A stretch of DNA of 64,000 nt, from the NCBI GenBank assembly GCA_020137815.1, contig CM035358.1:2356001-2420000 (forward strand), given 5' to 3'. Of this stretch, positions 27,335 through 42,600 are shown one piece after another. Each line of letters starts with the position of its first letter. Position 1 is the first letter of the stretch. Under the pieces are notes generated by a model. The model was not told where the DNA came from and searched no databases. It saw only the letters and a list, made by a program, of their open reading frames with translations. A program made the translations under genes and the position numbers. This stretch comes from Hormiphora californensis (Eukaryota > Animalia > Ctenophora).

Positions 27335-28006
27335 TGGTTAGTGGTAGAAGGAGACGTCATGTGCTTAGGCTTAAAGGCTTAGCGTAAGAAGTTAAGTCAT
27401 CATTTCAAGTAGTAACTACTAAATAACATTAAACTGTGAACTATATTTATTCATCGATCGATATACGTCACCGGAGATGAACTACAGAGCTTTCAAGAGC
27501 TGAGATTAAGTATGAAATATCTCGCATGGATAAGATCAAAGAGACTTGGAGAATGGAGGTGTAAATGTGCAAATGTAAAAGTAGTAAAAGGAATTTGAGA
27601 AACTCAGAAAAGTCTGAAAGTTCCTCAGTTTTGTTTGGTAACGAAATCATCCCTCAGAGAGAGAAAACAGAAACCGCTTTCACTCATTTCAAAAGTTAAT
27701 ACCGCTTCAACCACAAGGCTTATATACCTAAATTTTTCCACCACAAAATCGAATAATATGGTAATTATTGATAATAAAACTGTTTTTTGTTTTCAAAAGT
27801 TAAAGAAGATCGAGGTTTTGAGACTTGGTATCAAGTTAGAATATATACTAGGCTTTGTTTTTGTTTTTGTGTGAAAAATCGTCAAAAACAGCTGCGGCTA
27901 TAAGGTGTGATAAGTGATTATATATAGAACTCATTTTCACGCAGAAAACCCCCGATCCAAATGATAATTGTGATCGCAGAATATTTCGAAAAAATATAGT
28001 TGAGGT

Positions 28007-28058
<52 letters not shown>

Positions 28059-28328
28059 AAGTCAACTTGATTTCGGGATCATAGGGAAGGGTATTTAAAA
28101 TGGCTAAAATTCTTGGCCAGAGTGAGAGAGAGGGGAGAGACTAGAGAGAGAGAGAACGAGAAAGAGACTAGGAGAGAATAGAGAGGGATATTGCGAAAAA
28201 TAGTGAGGGTATCACACATGTGTGTATTTTGAATGAGAGTTGAACCAATCCTCGATTTCTTTTTCTCTCACGTGGGAGCGACGTTGCTGCGGCCTGGAAC
28301 ACCTGCGATCACAGACACCACTGGAGAA

Positions 28329-28385
<57 letters not shown>

Positions 28386-28637
28386 TAGATAGAGAGAGTG
28401 AGAGAAAGGAAAAGGGAAAGCTGGGACTCGAAGTTGGAAAGGTAGCTATAAAAGAGAAAGGGGAGAGATCTAGGCAAAGGATGTGAATGAGAGAGGGATG
28501 ATAAAAGGAGTGATTTAAGAGAGAGACGCTGTAAAATCCTGCTAAACGGTTTTTATACGACACTAAAGATCGCTAAATAATTTTTTGATCTTCGGAGGTA
28601 ATGATGTCACGAGGACGAGAAAAAAGGCGGAGAAAAA

Positions 28638-28744
28638 CTGTCTGGTGGCGCCAGATCCCGATTTTATTCCCAAATTGATTTGATTCTCAAATCTGAGCGT
28701 GCGACACTAGTGCTGCACTCAGATGGGTCCGCAGCGCCTGACAG
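28638..28744. mobile_element. 107-bp mini-element with CTGTC..GACAG termini
   Basis: 8-bp TSD GAGAAAAA on both sides. Related shorter copies at 19724-19763 and 36402-36463 have 6-of-8 matching flanks. Confidence 0.65.
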
Positions 28745-29119
28745 GAGAAAAAAAACATTTGGTGAAGGCAATATATTTATTTCAACGCTTCAGTACAGTA
28801 GTAGTAGTCCATGCGTGTCTGGGGCAGTTGGTGTGCGTATAGAACAATGGTGTGAGTATGTTTTAGGGGGCCTGCACAGCTGCCAGCTGGTACAATGTAG
28901 AATTGTTTCAGCTAGTACTTGTCAGTGGACATGGCAGCTCTATTGACAGCGCTACTAAGTGTGGAGTTAACGTGCTAAAAATAGCAACTCTATGATAATT
29001 TAGGGTCGATCCATGGAAACTTGCCAAGATAGGGATTGTACTTTTTGCGCTAAAGGCAGTTATCATGGTTACATTGTAAAATTTTGAGATATAATATAAT
29101 TCTTTAGGTAGCACTGCTT

Positions 29120-29790
29120 GTACAACTTATAACACCCCCCAGTGTTATAAGTTTTCACTTATAACACCCCCCAGTGATACATGAAAACTTATAACACTGC
29201 TGCACTTAGAAGTCCTTACTCCACTGTTTCTGTCACACTTAAAAACCGTTGGAAAGATAAGCGTGTACGAACTCCCTCTCTCTTTCTTTATGTCACACTC
29301 TCAAGCCGTTGCAACACCGAGATCAAGATAACAGTCACAAACTCCCAGACCCACACATTCTTTATCTCTCTCTCACTCTCGCTAATCTCTCACTCTCTTT
29401 ACCTATAGATCTCAGGCGTTATCTTATCTCTGCCTGCTACCTTATCATGAATTCGTTCTATTGTTACGCCCTAAACTGTCTCTCACTCATGTTTTAAAAA
29501 TTTTACAATGCAATTTTATTATGCCTATTTTCGTTGTACCTGACGTCAACAATAATGTCCCAGATTCTTACACTTTTAGACCTCGCAGGCTCGGTCAAAA
29601 AGTAAAACTACATCACTCGCAGGCTCGTGAGGTAGTTACACTTAGTGGCACTCGCAGGCTCGTGCACTAAAGTACAAGAATCTGCCTCGACCTGTGGTCT
29701 CGGATCATTATTGTTGTACTTATAACACTCGACCTTCGGTCTCGTGTTATAAGTTTTCAGGTACAACTTATAGGCATAATAAAATCCTAC
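29120..29790. mobile_element. Probable non-autonomous element with repeated ACTTATAACAC motifs and a GACCTTCGGTC hairpin; boundaries approximate
   Basis: ACTTATAACAC / GTGTTATAAGT in direct and inverted pairs at both ends; three CTCGCAGGCTCG repeats inside. Confidence 0.4.
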
Positions 29791-30379
29791 ATAGTACAAT
29801 CATACTACAACTAATAACTGTACCCTGTAGTAGTACTATACTATTTGTGCATCAATCCAATTATCACCTCCATAAACAGGTCTCACATAATGATATTTTG
29901 TATCATACATATTCAAGTAAGATATATAATGCATGCAGCTCTATCGCTAACATAGCTGATAATTGCATATAATATGTTAAGTGAAGACACAGACTGCACA
30001 TATATCAAAACAGTTTTCAGATCACTTAAAGCTGTTGTACACTTGAAGGGACGGTTGGGGGCGATGATCGCCTGCGCCCGGGACCCAATCCTCCCTCCCC
30101 CAAGCGAGCGCTATTATATACAGTGTTCCTTAGCAGCCAAAAAGTGAAATAAAATAGAACGTTTTACTGCTTATAATAATAAGAATATAATAATAAGAAT
30201 ATGGGTTAAAGATATGGGTTAAAGAGATAAGTAAAAGTCATGTACTTACTAGATCCTGGGAAACCATGTGGTGGCGTAGTTCAAAAAACATAAGGTCTAA
30301 AAATAAAGGTCTTATAAATGATAATTCTCTAAATGGCTTGGGCATGAAATATTATGGCTAATGATTTCACTCAGACTCT

Positions 30380-30556
30380 CAGCAAACATGTACTACTTAA
30401 CTGGCCACAACGATCCAAGAAGGCAAACTGAGGTTAGCAGGCGTGATGCCTTGAGGAATTGCCTATATGGTAAACCGACAGTCTGCAAAGGGCTGCCAAC
30501 AAGCGCTCATAGAAGAAGAAGAACATACCAAGGGCTCATAGAAGAAGAAGAAGAAG
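30380..30556 (+). mobile_element. Possible degraded 3' end of an RTE-clade LINE
   Basis: One frame reads TIQEGKLRLAG, resembling the RTE C-terminal RLRxAGH motif, followed by a duplicated (GAA)n tail. Confidence 0.3.
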
Positions 30557-31471
30557 GTGATGCCTAAAAGAAGTCGATTTACGCGTACGTGACAACGATT
30601 TTGGTTTGTGATTTACTATTACAAGCACATAAAACTCCCAACCCCCCCAACTCCAAATATGCATCAACCTGATCTATTTATCGAAATCGTCATATAAAAT
30701 ATCCTCTTATAATAGTCACAGAAAAACACAAAGTAAAAATTCGTTTAGCATTCTATTACGCGGCTAGCCACACTTTTACGAAAACCTAATTTGTAATAGG
30801 ACATTAGAGGACAATGCACTCGTACGAGTAAACCGCAATCTTGATTGTTGCTAGGTTACCAGAATTCAGCGAGTTGTAGATATATCATATTAATTACGTT
30901 TGTGACAGAGAAGACCTAGAAGTGTGTTGACGTAAAATCTGAGATTTTCATTTTCATTTTGCGCCTGATACTATCCGATACCGATAGAAGGTTTGCCATA
31001 ACGCCTGGTATAGCTTCCACATAAACACACACCAAATATTTACTTTTAAAACTTAATTGTAAATATAATCGACTAAGACAGCTTTACACTTATAAAGTGT
31101 TTTTATGCGTACCTAAACCACAACAAAGTTAATTCAATGAAGGAAATAGATTATTCAATAATGCATTGGAGATCACGGAAGTATGCAAATCATGAAGTTG
31201 GTGGGTGAAATTATATCACATAACAACAGCAATGCAAGTGTAGAACCATGCATTCTGTGAGATCACGAGAGAGCAGAAAATTGCCATCCAATATTGTAGA
31301 TTACCAATATTGTAGATTATTTCTGTCGGCCGAGGTAAAAGTTGCTAGGCAATTGCAATCATGATCGGAGCCCTTTACCGTTTACGAGTGGCAAACGAGT
31401 TTTACACAACAAAAGTAGTACCTCCGATTCTTCTTCTTCTTCTTCTCTCTCACTATCTCTCTCCCTCTCTA

Positions 31472-31506
<35 letters not shown>

Positions 31507-31815
31507 ATATATATCTCTCTCTCTGATCAGTCACCATCCTGATCCAGGTGCAGGTGCTTTGTCTGTACAGAAGGGGGATTCCTGGACAAGGACATAACAA
31601 AGAAATATCGCACTATGGTTTTACAAATAGCCCCACTTTCACTCTCCCCCCTCTCTCTCTCTGATCTCTCAATCTCTAAATCACGCAATCCCTCCATCTC
31701 TCTATCTCTCTAGTCCCTTATCGTATTTATAGTTAAAGTTGTTCATACAGTTTGACTAGGGACTATATCACACGATCACCTTTCATCGGGCAGGTCATGA
31801 AGAGCCAATGACCTC

Positions 31816-31900
<85 letters not shown>

Positions 31901-32624
31901 CCACTGCCCCCACTCTAATGGATTGAGTGCTGCTGAAGCCAGCAGCTTGGATTGCAGTACAATTACCTGGGACCGTGGCGCCACACCGGACACAACGAAT
32001 TGTCAATAGGCCACCAATATCAATCAATTAAAGATCGCATTGAACGATATAAGATCTTTGATATACGTGGAATTGAAGTCTGATGCGGACATTAAGCTGC
32101 CAGGCCAATGCTTTGACCGCTCCACCAATAGCCTGATATGGACAAAGGGATTATAAGGAAGGAAGGAAGCCACTACCGCTGTAAAACATTCTCCATTAGA
32201 TCCATCAGAATGATCCATTAGCATGGTATTGGGGTATCATTTTCAAAAAATTTGATTTCCAACAATCGGGGTTCAACTTAACTACATTATCATGAAAAGA
32301 TTAGAACAAAAACACGCCACAATTACACTTACAGTTGATCTATGTGATAAATTAATTTGGTCTTCATTAATCATTAATTGTTTGTCGATGTATTTTGATA
32401 TGACATCGTGTCGACATTATAAATAAAAATGAATCAACAGAGCACCGAGAATCAAACGATTTTAGCAAAAAATGACGCAAATCGAATCCTGACAGAAGGA
32501 GGAAGACGAGAGAAAATCTCATAATTTTACTTCGTTACTTTACGAGTTTACCATGAAAATACGCATCTATTAAGGTACAGGGACTGTCATAACCCTCTAC
32601 GCCATTACTCAACAACTCGCCATG

Positions 32625-33931
32625 TAGTTAGGGGCGGGAAGCCAAATATCGGCCATGAATGGGAAAATCAATGCAACAAGCTGATTTCTTCACCAATGTG
32701 TCCCCAATGGTGCCCTTTATCACCAAAAAAAAGTGTAACATCCGGCTCGGAGTGGAACATGCTCAAAATTTAGAAAAACCATATGGGCGTGGTCGAGCGT
32801 GGGAAATTTTTTTACCATCAACCAAAATGGAAAAACGAGGGCACTAGAATGTGCAGAATCATCGCATTAGTGGGGGTAGGTGCCGGAATTAAGTCTCTAT
32901 CTCATCTGGTTAATTAGATAATTGGATGATTAGGTTTGCGCATAATTTTCCTTTGGTTATATGGCTATAGCCACTTAGGAAAGAAGTAGAGACAAAACCG
33001 AGGGCACTAAAATGATCAGCGTCCTCGAATTAGTGGGGGTAGGTGCTGGAATTAAGTCTCTATCTCAATCGGTTAATTAGATAATTGGATAATTAGGTTT
33101 GCGCATAACCGTTTTTTGGCTATATGGCTATAGCCACTTAGGAATGGTTTAGAGACTTTTCATTGGTGCCATTTTGTAGGTAATGGTCAAGTTATGGGGG
33201 GTCGACGTCGGACTTTTAAGCTCTATCTTCAACCGTTTAGCCGTTATTTGACTTTAAAGGTGCTCAAAATGAGCAAAAAACGGTAAAAAGCCCGATTTTG
33301 AGCACCTTTAAAGTCAAATAACGGCTAAACGGTTGAAGATAGAGCTTAAAAGTCCGACGTCGACCCCCCATAACTTGACCATTACCTACAAAATGGCACC
33401 AATGAAAAGTCTCTAAACCATTCCTAAGTGGCTATAGCCATATAGCCAAAAAACGGTTATGCGCAAACCTAATTATCCAATTATCTAATTAACCGAATGA
33501 GATAGAGACTTAATTCCAGCACCTACCCCCACTAATTCGAGGACGCTGATCATTTTAGTGCCCTCGGTTTTGTCTCTACTCCTTCCCTAAGTGGCTATAG
33601 CCATATAACCAAAGGAAAATTATGCGCAAACCTAATTATCCAATTATCTAATTAACCAGATGAGATAGAGACTTAATTCCGGCACCTACCCCCACTAATG
33701 CGATGATTCTGCACATTCTAGTGCCCTCGTTTTTCCATTTTGGCTGATGGTAAAAAAAATTTCCCACGCTCGACCACGCCCATATGGTTTTTCTAAATTT
33801 TGAGCATGTTCCACTCCGAGCCGGATGTTACACTTTTTTTTGGTGATAAAGGACACCATTGGGGACACATTGGTGAAGAAATCAGCTCGTTGCATTGATT
33901 TTCCCATTCAGGCTGGTCTAGCCCCTAACTA
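32625..33931. mobile_element. 1.31-kb foldback element with TAG..CTA termini and 3-bp TSD (Academ-like)
   Basis: Arms 32625-33270 and 33295-33931 around a 24-nt loop; TAGTTAGGGGC / GCCCCTAACTA termini; TSD ATG at 32622-32624 and 33932-33934; each arm carries about 165-bp internal tandem subrepeats. Confidence 0.88.
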
Positions 33932-34943
33932 ATGTCATATAAGGGACTCTCCTTATTTCACGCTTCAGAAAAATTCGAAACGGACACAATGGTCTGAAAA
34001 GGCAACATAATGAATCGCAATGAGTGTGAGAGGCAGCAGGGTGAAATGGTAATGTCGTTACTGTCACTAATTTAAATGAATTTGCATATTTTACTCGCAA
34101 ACTAGGCTCACCCATGCCTGGTACAGGAACAATTTAAATAACGCCCTCTGATTGGCCAATCTAGATCGAATAAAGCCTTCTGATTGGACATTGTAGAGTC
34201 CACTCGTTCTCAACCATCTGGTTAGAAACTACGAGATTTCTTGGCACATGTAGTCACTACGTGCAATGGCGTCGGGTGACAACTTAACTCAGTTAGCTGA
34301 GAATGGAGGAAATGGAGAGAGAGTGGGGGTGAGAAACAATCTCACGGATTTCACTGTGGTTCAAATATATGGGATTTATCTGACGTATCATTCCTATTTC
34401 CTGACCTCGGACTCTGTTTGACAATTAACCCGCCGTCACAGACTCATGACCAGAGGCTCTAACAAGGCAAAAAGATGGCCATTTACATAAATGCAAAGAG
34501 CTCAGCGTGGTGCATTTGCTGCCAATTGCTAACTCATGAGCAGGTGACATGTTTTGACATGTTGCATAGCGTCATTTTATCTGACACCATCTGTAATGGG
34601 AAAAAGTTGGGTAATGGGTAAAAGTTGGGTAATCTGTAAAACGGACAATGCTCTTGCCGCTGAGGATATGGTTGGGCCTTACTGCTCTGACAGGACCGAA
34701 AACGAAACGATGACAGTTTGTAATAATGTCGACGTCAAACAATGAACTAACTAAAAAAATGATTTAATTACTATACAAGGACGTTCATCTTAAAATATAA
34801 TTTTAGAAAGATTAAAAATCTCCTGATTGGGAATGCAGGAGATGGCGGCATGCGTATTATAATTGAAACAGCAGAAGGTGTTGCGGATATATATGTGGGG
34901 CAGATGGTGCATCCTTCTGAAAAATATTTAATCGATCAGAGTA

Positions 34944-35360
<417 letters not shown>

Positions 35361-37033
35361 GCAGCAGACATGTGGAGTGTGACATTTTATGTCGCCTAAT
35401 TTTCTCCCTTATTAAACCTTTAAATCGAACTTTATCTTATGTAATAATATTAGAAACGATACTTTTTTGAGGAAGTAAATATTTTAAGCTCAACAGACAT
35501 TAGAGTTGGTTTCAAAAATACTTGAAGAATGTTGAAGAAGCTTCCGTTTTAGAACTACACTAGGGGGGATACCTATATCGATACCTATGATCAAGCACGC
35601 GCCATTCATCGTTAAGCAAATATGTTTTCTAGTAGATCAGGTCGAACTTATTGATCAATTGAGTAACAACATCGAGTCGAACATTGCTTGGCAGGGTCAA
35701 ACCCATTTCTTGAAAAGAGGAGATCATTTGGGCACAATAAATTCGCACTTCAGGTATTTATTTTACCCCCGATGTTCAGTCACATACATACATGGGCATT
35801 TACAAGAGAGATACGATGGTGGAGAGCTTTTAGCCAATGACTTTATGCCACATTAATTCGATCATAATGTTACGAAGACGTGAAAGTAATTCTTCTTGAA
35901 ACGATCAGGTCATCGAATTATTGTAGCTTGCAAATGCAAGAATATAATATGACATCATGAACGAAATAAAACAAATTCCAATATGATTACTCTATGCACT
36001 AAGCTCATATATATTTAATATCTAGATAATAACCACGAACGTTGTGTGGGAATAAGCTGATGCTCAATCTACACATAGTAGGATCTACTTCTTTTAGACA
36101 CCCCTCATGGAAAGATGTCTAAGTTATGTGGCTAAGGAACAGAGAGTATTTAATTACCTAGATGTAATTAGTAAACGATTAGAAGATCGGATCAATATAT
36201 ATGATCTGTATCAAACACTAATACCAATGGTATTACCATGATTCCACAACAAAACGGCTTTCTCAACAAAAGAACACAGTTGTACCTTCAGACAGCCGCA
36301 ATATATATATTGTCTACCACAGCTAGTACCACAGTAAGTGCATGGGAGTAATGGTGAAATCTAAATGTTGAGTTACAATGATCCTTGAGAAGTGAGACTA
36401 GCTGTCTGGCGGCACCAGACCCCGTTTTGATTGTGCTCAGATCTGATCAGTGCCACCAGACAGGAGAATGGAGACAGGTGGTGGATGTGGAATGTGGACG
36501 AATGGTCACACGTCTGCCGTCTGGATTGGTTCTTACTTGGACACGTCGCGCTATCCCCTGTACGTGGCGCGCAAGCGACACTGCACAGTCGCCCCCGTAC
36601 AGTATCCGACGGCAGCTTCGCTCCTAGAAATGCGATCTAATCAGACCCAGCTGAGCAAGAATACAGACTCAGAGATACGAAGGCAAGAATTCAATCAAAG
36701 CTAGAATTCATCATCCAATCCCATGCCTCTTACTACGTGAATCTAGATAGACTTGTTGTTAATCTCTTGATTAGCTAGGAAGTTAGATGAATTGACCGAC
36801 AAGAAAACACTTTTGTATCCTTGGCAACCGACCAACCAGCACTCTTGATAGGGGGGGGGGGTGGCAACCACACTTCTTAGAATTTCAACAATCCATTGAT
36901 TGCTTAACTGCTTCAGAACGATTAAATATTGCAGTACAACTCTCTCGTGTCGGATCTAAACTACCACCAAGCAATAAATGTGTCATCGTATAACCTCGAA
37001 ACTATATTTCCACGCTTACTAATTCTACCACCT

Positions 37034-37080
<47 letters not shown>

Positions 37081-37962
37081 ATATATTTAGTTCTCCTTCC
37101 ACTTGACGTAACCCTTTTACTCGTTTTGACAGAAAGTACTGTCATTATAACAACTCCACCCCTCAAATTAATCGAGTCTCTCCCTCTACTACCTCCACTA
37201 AAATCCCTCCTCTTATTCTGAATATCGTTATCGATAACGATATTCAAAATAAATTCAAAATATCATTCCGCTACCAGAAAAGAAATACATATAATGCTAC
37301 TGGAATTCGGACTACACACAGGAATTCAATCACCTATATTTAGACAGTTACCCCCTTACTCGTCTAATTTTGAACACTTCTCGCTTCTTTGATCGCTCAT
37401 CGTTTTCCTCAAATCAAAAGTTGATTTTTGATCGACGTTTTGGGCCATCTTGGACCTGTGGTGGCTGACCAGGTCAGTTATGAGAAGTGCCAATCCTCCC
37501 CAGCAGTTTCAATTTGACTAGTCTACACATTTGAACCGAAAATTTGAAATTCTGAGATGCGAAGTCGTAGTTGTCGACAGGACTGAATCGGGGTGGCGTT
37601 AAATCCGGGGCCGTTAAATCGGGGTCCGACTGTTATATATGGACAACTGATAAATACACAGTTCACAGTTGTTGTATAAAGCTAAAAGGCACATAAGCCA
37701 GTGCCCACGCTGAACTATACACGGAAAAGTTGTAATGAAAGGGAGACCGGTAAGGGGATAACGACCAGCAGGTTCCAGAGATGTTTTAGAGCAAACTTTC
37801 CTAAGATGTTTATAAGCGCCCGAAAAAGTTAAATAGTCACCGGAGAATCTTTTTTGTAGCTTAGCCGTTATGTAATTTACCTACTTAAATACTATTTAAC
37901 TATCGGTGATTTTCTAAGGAACTCCTTTTACCATCTCCACCCCTTACTCAACAAATCAATAT

Positions 37963-38062
37963 AGCCATTAGTTACCACTTACAGTTACCATTAGTTACCA
38001 TTAGTTACCATTAGTTACCATTAGTTACCATTAGTTACCATTAGTTACCATTAATTACCACT
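37963..38062. repeat. 10-bp minisatellite (CCATTAGTTA)n
   Basis: About 9-10 tandem units. Confidence 0.9.
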
Positions 38063-38198
38063 TACCCAATATTGGGACATGGCCAATACCCGTACCGGCC
38101 CCTTTCCTCCCTAACACGGTCGCTTGTAGTGGGAAAACGGTAATGGAAAACGAAGATACAGTAAGACGACGCGCAACCGTGGTCAATCAGTACGCTAG

Positions 38199-38730
38199 TA
38201 CGTGCTGACACATGAACTTTTTGCCACGCGTTATGCAACGTGTGTGTCTCATTACTGTATTTCGCGATACCGTATTTTGACTGCAAGCAGCACTGTAAGT
38301 AATCGACATGTTTCTCTGAACCTCAATCTTCCTTCTCCAATCTCCAAGCTGATTGCTACTACTATCCTACAGCCATTATACGCAAAGAACCCACGAAATA
38401 TACTACAGCAGGGAGATTGCGTCAAATTAATGAAGAGATTAACGGGAGTGCCTTGCCATAGCATGGTACCATGGCACCTGTCACCGTCTGTCTCAATCGT
38501 TCCCTAGTATACTTTTTGTGTAGGGGCATCTCTAGACAAAAACTGCAATTTCAGCCCTCATTCCTCAACTCTAGGAAGGAATGTGTCAATCTGCTGATGT
38601 TGCTGCTGACACATGGGAGGATATATTTGCAGATAGTTGGTTTACAATTGAGTCGCATGACATCATGAATATGGTTAACACAGGTATACGACAGGGGACA
38701 ACCACAGTACCGGGCTCTGTGAATTTGTGA
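38199..38730 (+). CDS. Candidate 3' exons of an unidentified gene, convergent with TOE1
   Basis: Three open, phase-0, AG/GT-bounded segments 38199-38294, 38373-38465 and 38575-38730 join to YVLTHELF..ASST-PLYAKNP..CHSM-EGMCQS..TWEDIFADSWF..SVNL*. No homology recognised and no start found. Confidence 0.3.
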
Positions 38731-39047
38731 AAGGAAATCTGTCGCGACAAATAGAAGTGATTTGATTCGAGGGGGGACTGGGAGGCAACAATCATAGAGA
38801 TGATCGAGACAACAACAGTATAGTAAATACTGGCAAACTGAGTAGTATAAATTCTATTGTCTGTTGGGCTAAACTCAACTCCCCCATCTCACGGGACCCC
38901 TAGTCAGCTGGTTCAGTGATTGGTTAAGCTACGTAAATTCTTGAGGTGTGGTAATCTCATGTGGCAGGACATTCGCCAACTCACTAGGTCTACTATGTGG
39001 TGGTTTGAAATGTGTGTGAAAAGTTGTGAACCAGTATACATTTTATA

Positions 39048-39300
39048 CAGTCCGCAGTCGGACCCCAATTTACCGTAACCCTGATTTACCGGCAGAATAA
39101 ATTTCTCAATATATAGGGAATTAACGGTATTTGACCCCTAATAATAATATTATTACTAATATACCGGACACCCCGATTAACCAGGTAAAACCTTGGGCAC
39201 GTCGTGCAATCCCCTGTACGTAGCGTGGGAAGTCGCTGGCAGCTTCGCTGCCAGGGCAAAACCCTTCCCCCAAACATTCCGGTAAATCGAGGTCCGTCTG
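39048..39300. mobile_element. pogo/Tigger-like MITE (CAGTCGGACCCCGATTTA family)
   Basis: CAGTCGGACCCCAATTTACCG .. CGGTAAATCGAGGTCCGTCTG with TA flanks. Relatives at 37583-37632 (one end), 45264-45330 and 51724-51881. Confidence 0.7.
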
Positions 39301-39661
39301 TATTAAGTTGAATCTCAAAGAAAAACTAACATATAACGGAGTTAAAAATGAGTGATTTTATGACAAAATGAAATATCTGATCTGCCGATATTTATAAAAC
39401 TTTTAAGTGCTCAGCTCATAAACCACATTCCGGTCTAAAACGCTCTGTTATATAAGAGGGAAACTCATGATTATCAGGTTCTGGTTAGGAGAAGGAGGGT
39501 TGGGTATACTTATATTACTATTTTAATCCTCTATCTCTTCAAAAGCCACTACACTCTCTCTCACATGTATATGTATCTTCTGTAAAAAGCCACTACACAC
39601 TCTCTCTCTCACACATATCTTCTGTAAAATGCCACGTCTCACACACGATCTACTCAAAACA

Positions 39662-42600
39662 CTACGAGCCCTTCTTCATCAGATCATTCTGCTGTCTCAT
39701 ATGAGCTGCTGATGGTTTCACAAACGCACTCTTCATGATTTTAAGAGGGATATTTTTCCCGGACAGAGTTAAACAGTTCACCGCTCTACGGCACGGATCT
39801 AGTACAGCGGGCAGGGATATATCTCTGTTTTCTTCGAGTGTCACGCTCATGTGGTTGTCACGTGACTTGTAGTGGGTCTTCCTACTGCTCGTCTTTTGCT
39901 CCTCTTCTCCTTTTGCTTTAGTGGGGTGTTGCTGGAGGTGAATGGCGTAGTTGGCCGCTACGAAACCTAGGTAAGGAGATGGGGTTAGACACGGAACTTA
40001 CTTACACATGCACATGGATGATTTAAACTGAATTTCGAGAAAATAAATTTATTTGTTAGTGACGTCACTGACGGATATAAATAAGATACCTGTCATGAAG
40101 GCGTCTACACCGGCTCTATGACATCCCGTATCTGTCGATCCGTTTACCTCCTTTTCCGATTTCTTATCATCGGTTTTCCGCTTCTTACTCTTGTGGTCGT
40201 GTGACCGGATTGCTTCGTCAACATTGTGGGATTTCGGGCAGGATTTACCTTCCTTGCAGTGACCGTGATTCTAAGAGTAGATAAAAGTATGTACAATTGA
40301 GTAGAAAAAAAGTCTAGTAGGCACAATTGATGTATATAAATTTCAGCACAGTAACGAGAGTATACATGTGTGTATATTACAGCTTAACAGCAAATTACAC
40401 AGAGGATCAAGCAGGGATAACTGGAATATAAAATGGAGGGCTATAAAATATGTGATAGATGATATGAAGCAAAGGAAGAGAGAAACATTAAAATCCCGTG
40501 CTGCACCGGATGCTAAAACAAGGCTGAAGGGAAAGCTCGTACAAGCAAATCGATACAACGATACCAAAATCACACAATCACACACCAAAACCACACAATT
40601 ACATACTAAAATCACACATAAATTCCGCATATTCTCAGCAATGTACCATTAATTAGCATACCAATCAAACACGACGTGCACACCATGATATTACAGCAAG
40701 GCAGTGCAGGGGACACACAGCAAGGCAGTGCAGGGGACACACAGCAAGGCAGGGCACACAGCAGGTTACTTACCGCGAACACATCGCACAGTTCCTGACC
40801 GTCAACAGATTGCCGGCTAGCAAAACAGCTGACCATGTTGACCCATTGTTTCACCGCTTTGTGTTCCGAGAAAGATAAGTGAATGTTCGGTTTTTCCTTC
40901 TCCATCGATTCATTCATCCTCTTGCAACTGTGTTAGAAAGCTGTCAAAAATCCACCGATGTTATGCAGTGGCCGTATTTGACTTTGGGGCGTTCGGCCAT
41001 GCTAGCACAATAATCAGAGCATACCCGAACAACCGAAAGTCACGACCACCGCGGCTGTTCAAATTCCTTTCCAGCGCTGGAGTGCGCGCGCAAAAAGGTC
41101 ACGTGACCAGTCGCGCGCGAAATAACCACTTACAAGAGAAAACTCTGGACCGCGCGTTACGTTTCGACCAGCCACGACCTGGTACATAACGTCTAGCTCG
41201 ACAGATGTGTCGTAGTAGCAGGAAAGTACGTCCCGGTAACAAAATTACAATATTGGCCTATATCCATCACTCTGCCACACACATACCACTTTCGGAAGAG
41301 ATATTCAAGATAAGTTGCTGGTTCTCTGATCAAATACTCAGCGAGACACTTTGTGTCAAGGACACCAGATTTAAACATATCCTGTAGGTCCGCCACGAAT
41401 ATACTCATGGTGGAGGGTAATGGAGCGTAAAATGCCTGAAATTAGATGTTTTGAGTTGCACTGGATAGTCCAGAGAAAGAATTATTGGTAAGTGTTGGAA
41501 ATGGGACAACTGTCCACGGTCATCTCGTGGGGAGGGGTGTTATTTGTCACCATTTGTCACCATGACAACCCCACTCTCGTACAACCGTGCAACAAGTTAA
41601 TTAAACAAAAGAAACGAGAGAGCATGGGGAGAGATGTACCTGATATATAAAGGCAAGGTCTATGAGGCCATTATGAGTCACCACTGGGCACTGAGCTCTC
41701 AGTATAGCACCAAATAACTCCCGTATAGGCTCTGATTGCTTTCGCTCTGAAATATATATTTAATTACTTTAATGAGAGAGTTCTCCTCCGAGTGCCGCCA
41801 ACAAGGTAACTGGTTATTACTTTTATGAGGGGAGATTACAATACGTCTGGTTAATAACCAGTGGTTATTATAGAAGGGAGGCACCAGGCGAGGGATTGTA
41901 TTTGGAAACCCCCTCCATTGGTTACATGGTAACTAGTGGGCGTTGCTCTGAGTGAGAGGTGAAAAATATGGAGTACTAATTAGAGCCCAAAAGTTTAGTG
42001 AAAAAGGAAAAAGTAGGCACATCTATGAACGTGTGAAATACTACCCACACTTTTTATTGGACCACACGGTACTAACTAAACATCTTTGAAGGTCAGTTAG
42101 TTCCGTGTTTGCAGCTAGGTGGAAGAGAGAGAGGCAGCTGGTACTATAATTACTATAATTACTAATATAAGCGGTCGATTTCTTGGCATTGCGCCTGCTT
42201 CTGTGTGTACGGTGAGAAATGAGGGATGTTTAATAATTGACTTATCGGTATCTTATGAATCAATACAAGATGGCCCCCGAACAACCACTGTATGTTTTTC
42301 AAGTCCCAGAAAACACAATTGTACCGTGCCTTTGTTCAACATTTTCTTGATAAACATAGGTTGTGTATAATACCACAGCAGACGGATCATCTCTCTTGTA
42401 CTCATGACTCGCATTGGTGGCAGGTGCAATATATAAACAAAAGTAGTTGCATAAGAACAGTAATTGATCTACCGAACCCTCACAGAGCGCCGTGAGCTAC
42501 ACAACAGTAACAGTAATATGAACAGTAACAGTAATATGAACAGTAATATGAACACTAACATGAACAGTAAAATGAACAGTAAAATGAACACTAACAGGAA

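Noticed and set aside
31980-32224. Possible second RTE LINE remnant or minus-strand ORFs
   Set aside because: Similarity is too weak and interrupted by stops.
32659-33907. Paired MGKSMQ.. ORFs (likewise the YSYGVPETP.. pair at 56544-57471)
   Set aside because: Mirror images within foldback arms; non-coding.
36385-36704. Three overlapping GC-rich ORFs
   Set aside because: The 5' part is a CTGTC..GACAG mini-element and no frame gives a recognisable protein.
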